NCBI RefSeq assembly: GCF_001194135.2
Contig: NC_069005.1
Coordinates: 34,840,028-34,904,027, forward strand
Source: Octopus bimaculoides
Taxonomy: Eukaryota
Direction: 5' to 3'
DNA length: 64,000 nucleotides
The first letter of the stretch is position 1; each line of letters opens with the position of its first letter. Below, in pieces: positions 41,399 through 52,076 of this stretch. The position numbers and the translations under genes were made by a program. The notes under the pieces are model-generated. The model was not told the DNA's origin. It did no database searches and saw only the letters and a list, made by a program, of their open reading frames with translations.

Positions 41399-41471
41399 CA
41401 GTACTTCGCGGATTTTCACTTATCGCGGGAGGTCTTGGAACGTATCACCCGCGATAGTCGAGGGATTACTG
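41399..41471. mobile_element. 73-bp pogo/Tigger-type mini-MITE with TA flanks
   Basis: TA|CAGTAC...GATTACTG|TA. The reverse complement matches the Tigger/MER2-like terminus cagtaatccctcgactatcgcggg...gttccaagacc..ccgcgata. Confidence 0.7.
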
Positions 41472-41499
41472 TATATACTACCTCTATCATATATTACCA

Positions 41500-42260
41500 T
41501 CAGAGGCCATCGTACCTTGTTTCAGTTTTCATTTGATCGGATTGAAGCGGCTCGAAAAGGCTGCTATGCTGTGGATGTTGATACACAAACATACGTCTAG
41601 GTTGCGATATCTACGAAGATTTCTGGAAGTTGAGCATAGAATGTGTAACTGTCCTCAATGAAGGCGTTTGATGGAGTTGCAGGCCCTAGGATAACTTAAA
41701 ATGACATTGGACACTCGGCATTTGAAATATTGTCAGACGTTCACAGTTCTCCGTCAATGTGATGATTGTTACCTCAAAAGCGGTGGTACCTCAACTCTTA
41801 CATTGTTGAGGGGATTAGTGGTGGGCAAGGACATGATGTTATGGGCGTCGTCGAGGGTCACCAAGTCAGCATATTTCGAAATACTTTCAGTTCGGTGTCT
41901 GTGAGTAACTCATAAAAATGTGACCTCTTAGGTCGGAATAAACCCCACAGACACAGTAGCATCATCAGCGCAAATGACGCTGCAGGCATTCGTTCAGTGT
42001 CCATCTCTGATTTGTGGAGTTTGGTCGAACATCTGTTGTTCCATGTAGGAAGGACTTGGCTATGAGGAGGCGAGTCCATCGTGGAAATTGCTTTAGCGCC
42101 TTCCTTGGGCCGGCAAGAACACGTAGTTCGGGCGGGTGGGGTTCTATGGTAAAAGAGATTGTTTGGTGGACAAGACTAAAAGGATTGAGGACGGGGCAGG
42201 ACAGTTTCCCCTTCTTTAAGAAGAGGACTGACTTTTCCAGTTCCAGTAGAGACAAGTTGG
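41500..42260 (-). mobile_element. Decayed CR1/L2-type LINE RT fragment
   Basis: SVLFLKKGKLSCPVLNPFSL..ISFTIE (compare VxPxFKKG..SDPxNYRPISL) and ICADDAT (YADD-like). Confidence 0.55.
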
Positions 42261-42277
42261 GATGGGATAAATAGATA

Positions 42278-42281
<4 letters not shown>

Positions 42282-42321
<40 letters not shown>

Positions 42322-42329
42322 AAGAAACG

Positions 42330-42374
<45 letters not shown>

Positions 42375-42445
42375 AAGAAACGAAGAGGAGAGAGAGAGAG
42401 CGAAAGAAACGAAGAGGAGAGAGAGAGAGAGAGACAGACAGAGAC
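42282..42445. repeat. (GA)n microsatellite with three copies of a gcgaaagaaacgaagagga insert
   Basis: Read directly from the sequence. Confidence 0.9.
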
Positions 42446-45155
42446 AGATGTGTTGTACTCCAGAAAATGGAAATGGTCCGGATGGTTAGCCCTTCTCTCA
42501 AGACGCACTTTTAATCTTGAGAACTCCGCCGGGAAAGGACACTTTCTTTTGGTAATTCGACAAATTTTGGTTGTGTTCTACGATGTTCCTTGTTTAATCC
42601 CCGCTCGTTGATTCCCCGTCGCCACCACCCTCTTCAAGACGTCGAATCCCATTCATTTCATCCACATAATTTCTCTCTCTCTTTTTTTCTCGTCTACCAT
42701 TTTCTGGCAATTCTCAAAGATTCTGTCACATTCTTCCATCCTGATGCCCCCCCCACCGCGTCTCTCCACCTTCAATCAAACAACGAACGACATTGTTCTT
42801 ATTACTTTACTGTTGTTGCTGTTGTTGTTGTTATCGTCACTGCTGTTGTTGTTGTTGTTGTTCTTGTTAATATTTTTAATGGCTCACCGAGTGTATATAA
42901 CTGTTTAGAGATATCGGTAACGTGATACAGCAGATGTGTATATATGTGTACACATAAGTGTGTATATACGTTTCGGTGTAGTAACACGAAGCAAAAGCAC
43001 TCAATACAAACAAGTAGAGTATATATATATATATGTTTGTGTACGTATATGTATGTGTGTGCTCATGATGTATACTCGTTAAATTTATATTCTTATGTAT
43101 ATGTACATTGATATATATGTATGTATGTTTGCATGTATGTATATACATACGTGCATACATACATATACATATATATATAATATATATATATATACATANN
43201 NNNNNNNNNNNNNNNNNNNNNNNNNNNNNNNNNNNNNNNNNNNNNNNNNNNNNNNNNNNNNNNNNNNNNNNNNNNNNNNNNNNNNNNNNNNNNNNNNNNN
43301 NNNNNNNNNNNNNNNNNNNNNNNNNNNNNNNNNNNNNNNNNNNNNNNNNNNNNNNNNNNNNNNNNNNNNNNNNNNNNNNNNNNNNNNNNNNNNNNNNNNN
43401 NNNNNNNNNNNNNNNNNNNNNNNNNNNNNNNNNNNNNNNNNNNNNNNNNNNNNNNNNNNNNNNNNNNNNNNNNNNNNNNNNNNNNNNNNNNNNNNNNNNN
43501 NNNNNNNNNNNNNNNNNNNNNNNNNNNNNNNNNNNNNNNNNNNNNNNNNNNNNNNNNNNNNNNNNNNNNNNNNNNNNNNNNNNNNNNNNNNNNNNNNNNN
43601 NNNNNNNNNNNNNNNNNNNNNNNNNNNNNNNNNNNNNNNNNNNNNNNNNNNNNNNNNNNNNNNNNNNNNNNNNNNNNNNNNNNNNNNNNNNNNNNNNNNN
43701 NNNNNNNNNNNNNNNNNNNNNNNNNNNNNNNNNNNNNNNNNNNNNNNNNNNNNNNNNNNNNNNNNNNNNNNNNNNNNNNNNNNNNNNNNNNNNNNNNNNN
43801 NNNNNNNNNNNNNNNNNNNNNNNNNNNNNNNNNNNNNNNNNNNNNNNNNNNNNNNNNNNNNNNNNNNNNNNNNNNNNNNNNNNNNNNNNNNNNNNNNNNN
43901 NNNNNNNNNNNNNNNNNNNNNGAGAGGAGGAAAGAGAGAGTGTGTGAAAGGGAGCAGGTCGGGTGGATTAGGGGTATCGAATAATTAGATAGATTGTGGT
44001 GAAAATTGATAGTTGTACTGGTGTGTGTACGTGTGTGCGTGTGTGTGTGTGTGTGTGTGCGTGTGTGTGTGTATGCGTGTATGTATGTATGTGCGTGAGG
44101 CAGACTTACGTGTGTATGTTGAAAATTGATAGCTGTATTTGTGTGTGTGTGTGTGTGTGTGTGGTAGCCTCATGCATGTATGCGTGTGTCGATATGTTTG
44201 AATGTGCACTCGCACACGCATAGGCACACACTCATTGTTCTGTCTGTGCGAGTATATGTAGACAGAAGACCAAAACATGTGAATTTGTGTGTGTGGGTGT
44301 GTGTGTATACATACATATACATATGTCTATACACACATACACTCGTGTGTGTGTGTGTGTGGTGGGAATCGGAGTCTGGGCCGTGGCAGCAGCAGCAGCC
44401 ATGTTTGACAGACGACCATCACTAATTTCCGTTGTTAAAACGCCACACAGTCATTCTCCGCGCAACCCGATGCCGTCTTCCTTGTAGAACAACGGCTCAA
44501 GTTACACAGAGTTATGGCCGGTCGCTCCCGGCTCAGCCGCTAGGTGGAGCAACGCCGCTGCTGGTGATGGCGGCTGAGAAATTGACGAGAGAAAGATAAT
44601 GGCCAAAGCAAACAGCGATTGGATTATGACGGGAGTTGTGGGTGGTGGTGGTGTGTGTGTGTATATGAGAGAGAGAGAGAAAGAGAGTGTGTAGGACCGT
44701 TGATATGAATGTGTGTGTAGGTGAGTGTGGGGGTGATATTAGGGGTAGCGGCGTGTTTAAGGGATTTTGTTGTTGTTTAGCTCCAAGCCTAGTCGAGCAG
44801 ACCACTGATCAACGATATTCCAGCCGTGACCGTCACTCCATTCCCTACATCCCAACCCGATATCATTCTGTTTCTTTTTCTAAGACGTTAGATGTAATTT
44901 GAAGGAGATTTACTTGTTATTTCTAGCAGAATGAGGGACCACAAAAGAGTTCCTTTGTTGACTGGTTTGTATAGAAGTTGCTAAGTATAGTGGCGGTGGT
45001 GGTGTTGGTGATTGGTGATGGTTGTCGATGTGGTGATCGAGTTAGGATTGTGAAGTAAACAATAACATGTGTTCGCGGCCACCTGCCTAAACGAAATAGG
45101 AAACAGTGAATAATATAATGGCCGGTATTGCGAATAGCCGCAGAGGCGACAAATT

Positions 45156-45714
45156 GGATCTATTTTAAAACGGGGGCCACATTTTTCATTGTTTTACGTA
45201 GTGTTTTTGGTACCGAAAGACTTTCAAACTTCGTATACTTATCTATTTTGTGTTATAGAACAGAAAAATATTTTTGTATTCGAATTTATTTCATGTAAAA
45301 AATTGTCTTATTTCGATAATTTCAACCAATCACTGACAAGTATTCAGTTGTTTATATTTACTCCTTTGGCTGATTAAGCGATGTAAAGCGTATTTAATCT
45401 CCATACCTTCGTTTTATTTGCTTTTTTCATTTTAAATTTGCTTTAACCCTAACCCTAACCCTAGGGTTAGGGTTAATTGTTTCAGAATCGTTTGTTTATG
45501 TAGTCGGCACTTAATGTATATCGGCTGAATGGACGTCAGTGATTGGTTGAAATTACAGAAATACGACAACTTTAACATGAAATAATTTATGGATTTCTTT
45601 TTTTTTAAAGAAGACTAAGAGAAAAAGATGTTTTATATGACACATTCTACCAGTGTTCCAAGTTTCAAAGTGTTTCGTTAATGAAAAATGTGGCCCCCGT
45701 TTTAAAAAAGATCC
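45156..45714. mobile_element. 559-bp MITE with ~35-bp TIRs, 8-bp TSD-like flanks and an internal telomeric palindrome
   Basis: TIRs ggatctattttaaaacgggggccacatttttcatt / aatgaaaaatgtggcccccgttttaaaaaagatcc; flanks gacaaatt / aacaaatt (7/8); additional subterminal inverted blocks (ttcaaccaatcactgac / gtcagtgattggttgaa). Confidence 0.9.
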
Positions 45715-46288
45715 AACAAATTTCGTCTAGGCATGTGGCTGTGAGGACATGACATTGACAAAATGCATCTGGCGTTCTCTCAAACCACTGCCAGGAAGAT
45801 CACTCGTCTTCCTCCGATATATATTGCGTTTCTTTTAACACAGCACATCTATAACAGGTTTGATATCGGGTGAAAACCATAACATCTTGCCTACCAATGG
45901 TGTACATGCGTAAAGTATGATACGTAGATTGCAATTTTAATTCAATGCTGTTTCAATCGCATACACTCAATTTCTTCTAGTTGGTTTGGGATTGAAGAAT
46001 ATGACTATATCTCTGAATTTAATTTGGAAAATGCTCCAATACACAGAAAACAGAACACTGTCAAATATCTACAACGCAGAGACTTACAAAACATTCTCTG
46101 CTAACGATCAAATTCTTCACAGACACTCCGAAGGAGTTGCTACTCATTAAAACACTTTGAAAATATACAAATATTTTGAACCAATATTTACTTTGAAGGG
46201 CAATCGTAGATGATTTAGAAGAATTAGGTATCTACCTGCCGGACACTTTGGTATTAGTGTGCATGTGCACGTAGGTGTGGCCTCGAGC

Positions 46289-46349
<61 letters not shown>

Positions 46350-46728
46350 TAATTTATTTCTTAATGATATTACTTATTATACATAGCGCTCAGCATCTGT
46401 TTGCCTGCTTATTCAAACGTTTATATAGACATCTGCATACGTGTTCAGATGGATGTAAATTTTATGTATATTCAACAGACTTATTAACTGAACATTAATG
46501 TCGCTTTTACTCAATGAATTCACACCTGTAGCAAGGTACCTTCTTGACTTCGATGTTAAGGGGTCCCATTGGTCAATTTTATCAAACTGAAATTCACGTC
46601 CCCTTCCTTAGGGTGTCCCTTAATAACTGTCTTTCCACTTCAGCCGTCTTCAATTCTATGAATCCAAAACTATCTTGTACTTTTTGATAAACTTAAATTC
46701 TATCCCGTTCTTACTTTCTGCCTTCATT

Positions 46729-46828
<100 letters not shown>

Positions 46829-46984
46829 GTGTTTGTGTTGATGACGTCATCGAAACACTGCCAGCGAAGTTCTATATGAATCGAATTCTTGTTGCTGGTA
46901 ATATTTATAGCTTAACTATTGTTGTTTGTTATTGTTGTTTAGAGCCAAGTTAAACTTAGCTGTTATTTCTAGCAGTTAATGGTG

Positions 46985-47262
46985 ATGGATGTAGTAGTGG
47001 TGGTGGTGGTGGCTTGTATCAGTCGTATTGGCGATGGTGACGATGGTGATGTTCAACTTGGTGATTGGTGATGGCCATCCTGATGGTGGTGGTGGTGTGG
47101 TGGTTGTAGTGGTTGTAGTGGTGGTGGTGGTTGTAGTGGTGGTGGTGGTTGTAGTGGTGGTGGTGGTGGTGGTTGTAGTGGTGGTGGTGGTTGTAGTGGT
47201 GATAGTGGTTGTAGTGGTGGTGGTGGTTGTAGTGGTGGTGGCAGTGGTGGTGTCGGCGGTGG
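46985..47262. repeat. (GTG/GTA) triplet-based minisatellite (ggttgtagtggt-like units)
   Basis: Read directly from the sequence. It explains the poly-T and poly-V ORFs. Confidence 0.9.
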
Positions 47263-47668
47263 TGCTAATATGAATGATAGGATGAAACAATAATTTTCAG
47301 GAGGAGAGTATGAAACGGTTTTGTTGTTGTTGTTGTTAGTGCTGCAGTCCTGTCAAAGTTGGTTGTAACTATGAGATTGGAGGTCGAAGGTCAAACCAAC
47401 AATGGCGTGAGGGGGAGGAGGTGAATTGAATTAATAGGAGGGAGGTTTCATGTTATGTAGATATGTGTGTATATGAGTGTATATGCTTGTGTGTATGTGT
47501 GCACCTATATGTATATGTAAATATATATGCATACACAGACACACACACATATATATATACACACACATTCATCTCTGCATACGTGTGAAGATGTATGTCC
47601 ATACATTACATTTTGACGGATTAGATACAAACATCTACATGTACGACGCCTCACACAGTCATATTTAC

Positions 47669-47749
<81 letters not shown>

Positions 47750-48958
47750 TATATACACACACACACACACTCACACGCATGTATAATCATGCACACATAT
47801 TTACATATGCAATTGTATGTACAAATTTTTTTCCAAGAAAAGAAAAAATATTTTTATCTTTTATAATAAAATTGTATTTTTGTATGTAATTATACACACG
47901 CACACACATGGACGCATACGTGTGTCCTGCTCTCTACATACATACACACATACATATGTATATATTGTATATTAGTGTGTTTGTAGTAGTACATGTATGT
48001 TTAAACAACATTATCAGTGTGTATATAGAAATGCGTCTTGTATATTGATTACTATCTACTTGTGTGTATATAAATGTATACATATACATGTATATATGTG
48101 TGTATGAGTATGTATGTGTATATATATGCATATATGTGTGTATATATATATATATTTTTTTTGAGTATAGGGAGAGTTTGGGGGGAAATGTAGATAGACA
48201 GAAAGATAAGGAAAATGACGAAGAGACTGAAGAAGAGGAGGGGGAAAGAGAGGAAGAGGGGAGAGTGGGGAGAAGAGGTTTATGACTGAAGTTTAAAGAG
48301 TTACCAAGTAAATAGTGGGAGGTGTCTTTAAGAGAGAGTGGGAGGAGGTTGAGTGTTGGTGGTAGTGGCTGGAGGAGATGGGGATAACTCTACCTCCCCC
48401 TCTCTCTCTCTCTATATATATATATTGATGTCATAGGAGGAAGGGGTAGAGGCGGGCTTATAATGGTAAAGGAGGTCGGAGGAGTGTGTGGTGGAGGTGG
48501 TAGGAGCAGTGTGGTGTTTGTGAATGTAGCGGTGGTAGTAGTAGTTNNNNNNNNNNNNNNNNNNNNNNNNNNNNNNNNNNNNNNNNNNNNNNNNNNNNNN
48601 NNNNNNNNNNNNNNNNNNNNNNNNNNNNNNNNNNNNNNNNNNNNNNNNNNNNNNNNNNNNNNNNNNNNNNNNNNNNNNNNNNNNNNNNNNNNNNNNNNNN
48701 NNNNNNNNNNNNNNNNNNNNNNNNNNNNNNNNNNNNNNNNNNNNNNNNNNNNNNNNNNNNNNNNNNNNNNNNNNNNNNNNNNNNNNNNNNNNNNNNNNNN
48801 NNNNNNNNNNNNNNNNNNNNNNNNNNNNNNNNNNNNNNNNNNNNNNNNNNNNNNNNNNNNNNNNNNNNNNNNNNNNNNNNNNNNNNNNNNNNNNNNNNNN
48901 NNNNNNNNNNNNNNNNNNNNNNNNNNNNNNNNNNNNNNNNNNNNNNNNNNNNNNNNNN

Positions 48959-49001
<43 letters not shown>

Positions 49002-49084
49002 GCATGCATGGATGTACGTATAGTTGTTAAATACGTAAATAGTATCGTAAAAATACAATCTTCTGTGGAACATGAGGAAGAATT

Positions 49085-49593
49085 ACGCAAGAAGGGACTC
49101 CACAACCAATTCCATGTAGCCACAAGAGAAGTTTCTGGAAGAAAGAGGTGAGACTGGCTGATGAAAGGAACCCTAAAAAAAGAGAGACCGAGAGCACGAA
49201 ACTGGCATCGCAAGACCAAGACACGGACGGGAGGGTCAACCATTGGAATGAGGAAGTGTCTCCGCTGTGCCGCATCTGCAATGGAGTGGATGAAACCATT
49301 GCCCATACCACGAACGAATGCTTAAGACTTGCCCCAAACCTCTACAAGGTGTAGCAAAAGTGTGCCATTGGAAACTGTGCGAAAAGTAGGGAGTAGAGAG
49401 AGGCAAGACGTGGTAGGAGCACAAACCGCAGAGAGTGGCCAAGTCGGAGACAAGCAAAATCCTCTGGGATTTCCTAATCAAAACAGATCAGGTTCTAGAG
49501 CATCACAGACCGGACCTAGTGGTGGTGGTGGACAAGAAGCACCACATATGCTATATCGTTGATGTTGCATGTCTCTTTGATCCACGAATATAG
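49085..49593 (+). mobile_element. R4/Dong-clade non-LTR retrotransposon fragment (CCHC knuckle and restriction-like endonuclease)
   Basis: GLHNQF..WLMKGTLK-ETES..ASQDQ; SPLCRICNGVDETIAHTTNECLRLA; KILWDFLIKTDQVLEHHRPDLVVVVDKKHHICYIVDVACLFD (PD..D REL motif). Frame-shifted and followed by (AAT)n. Confidence 0.88.
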
Positions 49594-49631
49594 TAATAAT
49601 AATAATAATAATAACAACAACAACAATTTTT

Positions 49632-50232
49632 GCAGAAAGTCGGCAATTTTGAGTGGGTGAGTAGTGGGGGGGGGGCAAGTAAATTACTTCGACCCCGGTG
49701 CTTGACTGGTACTTTATTTTATAGATGAAAGGCAAAGTTGGTCGCCGGTGAAATTTGAACTGAAGACGTAATGAGTCGAAAGAGACGCCACAAGGAATGT
49801 TTTCTGACTCTCTAACAATTCTGCCATTTCGGAACCTCAATAATAATCGTTTCTAATATAGGCACAAGGGGGGGGGGGGCTAAGCCGATTACGTTGACCT
49901 CAATGTTTGATTGTTATTTACTTTATCGACCTCTAAAAGATGAAAGGGAAAAACGACCTCAGCGGAATTTGAACCGAAAACGTAAAGACAAGACGAAATG
50001 CCGCGAAGCATTTTGCCTGGTGTGCTAATGATTCTGCCAGTTTACTTTAATAATAATAATTATTATTTCTAATCTTGGCACAAGACCTTGAAGGAAGGGG
50101 GCTAGTCGATTACATCAACCCCAGTGCGTAACTGGTACTTATTTCATCGACCCCGAAAGGATGAAAGGCAAAGTTGACCTCGGCCGAATTTGCCCGGCGC
50201 GCTAACGATTCTGCCAGCTCATCACCTTCCCT

Positions 50233-50270
<38 letters not shown>

Positions 50271-50464
50271 CCTTTCTACTATAGGTACGAGGCCTGAAAT
50301 TTGGGGGAGGGGGTAAGTTGATTATATCGACCCCAGTACTCAACTGGATGGAAGGCAAAATCGACCTCAGCGGAATTTGAATTCAGAACGTAGCGACGGA
50401 CGAAACACCACTAGGCATTTCGTCCAACCTGCTCACCATTCTGTCAGCTCACCGCCTTCCCTTT
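49632..50464 (-). mobile_element. Four tandem head-to-tail copies of SINE family A
   Basis: Copies at about 49632-49838, 49839-50047, 50049-50233 and 50234-50464. Each has the tail (cctttcta/ggcacaag), body (gtcgacctc.gcggaatttgaa) and head (ctaacgattctgccagctc), with (AAT)n between them. Confidence 0.9.
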
Positions 50465-51254
50465 AATTTCTGCTATTTAATAATAATATTAATAACAAGA
50501 ATAATAATTCGCTTCTTCATAATGATATTTCATTTTTACTCTTCCAGTCTTCCATTTTGTCATCAATCCCTGACCCGTCCCTTTTCTTTTGTCCTGTCCC
50601 CACTTCTCTCCCACATTGGCCTTTCATCATTGTTGCTGCGGTGACATTATGCGTTGGCCATGACGTCATTGTAATTGTTCTGTTGTTTCGCGTTGTCGCC
50701 TGTGTTGTTGTTGTTGTTGCTGTTGTTGTTGCTGAAGACAAAGAAAGAAAGAGAGACAAAAGGACTTGAATGAAAGAACAATGACCAGCGACTTCGTTAA
50801 ACATTGAATGGGACCAATGTAGCGAGTGATACGATAATAGAATGAAATTCCAACGGGTTAAACACACAAAAGATAGAAAGATAAAAAAGAAAGACTTCCA
50901 ACTCACAAAGCAGACGACAACATGACTTCCACTGGTCGTTCACTCTTTGAAATAGCGCAAACGCCATCTGGTGATAGAAACAAAAGTAATTAAAAGGGTG
51001 AATAATAAACTAAGTAGCTAATTATCCGGACTTTAAAACGGTTGGTGATAATAAGATTTCCCGACAACAAATGGTTTGCTTAATCCTAGCTGTTATTTCA
51101 TTGGTGCACACTTGACACACGTGACATTAGCCATTCTGCTGCCTTTTTTTGTTCCATAAATGTTTCATTACTACCCGCCCCACCTCACACTTTTGCATTT
51201 TAGTTTTGTCCTCACATCCTCCTTCACTCAAAAGAGATGATGTGTGAAGTTTAT

Positions 51255-51480
51255 CTGACATCTGTTGGAGGTATATCGGCATCTCTCATGTTAGGTGTAT
51301 ACATGTTGAGGTGTGATGGAATCTGTAATATTACGCTGACGTCTGTTGGGGTATGCAGACATCTGTTGGGGTATGCAAACATCTTCTGAGGTATGTTATA
51401 TCTATTGGGATGGCCCATATTGTATTCGTTGGGATATATTGATATCTGTTGGGGTATTGGTGACATCTGCTGTGGTTCGC
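51255..51480. repeat. Degenerate ~20-bp minisatellite (gacatctgttggggtatgca-like)
   Basis: Recurrent acatctgttgg / atctgttgggg units. Related units also occur at 51710-51790. Confidence 0.75.
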
Positions 51481-51898
51481 AGAGTTGTTTTGCTATTGAT
51501 GTCTGTGTAACACACGTTAAAAAACGCCCTATTGCATTAAAAATGGAAGGGCATATTTGTGTTTAAGATAGAGTAGCCCTGAATAATTTAAATCAATGAC
51601 GAGATAGTCATGGGTGGAACATGTTTGATTATAGGTTTGTTTAATCAAAATTTACCCGGGGCTAAACGACAGAAAGCAATAAGAACAGCAACATATGAAT
51701 TGGGATTTGTCAACATCTGTTTCTAGGTGTCAATATCTGCTGGTTTATATCGCCATCTGTTGGTTTATGTTGCTACCTACTGGTGTATGTCTTGCAAAGA
51801 CCCGAAACCAATGTATTTGTCTACGATACAATATAACATTAATGTATATTCCTGTATATGAATCTATTCAATGAAGGTAGAGTAATATAATCTTCACA

Positions 51899-51934
51899 GA
51901 CTGTCACTCAAACTTTCACGTTCCCGTTCGTCAG
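51899..51934 (-). ncRNA. Type-I hammerhead ribozyme-like motif (decayed)
   Basis: CUGACGA-ACG-GGAA-CGU-GAAA-guuugagugaca-GUC. Core and stem II are intact, stem III has mismatches and stem I is not evident. Confidence 0.55.
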
Positions 51935-51954
51935 ATACTTGTGATCACAACCGT

Positions 51955-51990
51955 CCGACGAACGGCAACACGAAACGTTGAGTAACAGTT
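51955..51990 (+). ncRNA. Type-I hammerhead ribozyme-like motif (decayed)
   Basis: CCGACGA-ACG-GCAA-CAC-GAAA-CGU-ugagua-ACAGU-U, the inverted paralogue of 51899-51934. Confidence 0.45.
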
Positions 51991-52019
51991 TGTCAAGGAT
52001 TTGCAGCTTTAATAAATGT

Positions 52020-52076
<57 letters not shown>

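Larger units (their letters stand above)
51855..52025. mobile_element. Palindromic element of two inverted hammerhead-bearing arms (Penelope-like pseudo-LTR remnant)
   Basis: Imperfect inverted repeat centred on ttgtga|tcacaa (51939-51950). Each arm has CYGACGA-ACG-GNAA-..-GAAA..GAGTRACAGTY. Confidence 0.6.

Noticed and set aside
45443-45476. Interpretation as an ancient telomere-telomere fusion site
   Set aside because: Wrong polarity for an end fusion, only about five units, and embedded in a TIR element.
46976-47290. Poly-Thr / poly-Val ORFs as mucin-like or membrane proteins
   Set aside because: Pure triplet minisatellite with no splice or domain support.
49160-49185. CTGATGA...AGG AAC CCT AAAA hammerhead-like string
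   Set aside because: Falls within the Dong coding remnant (WLMKGTLK) and lacks GAAA.
51779-51822. GTCTT-gca-AAGAC-cc-GAAAC...GTC next to the hammerhead palindrome
   Set aside because: The putative core (ctggtgta) is explained by the adjacent minisatellite unit. Retained only as a weak possibility.
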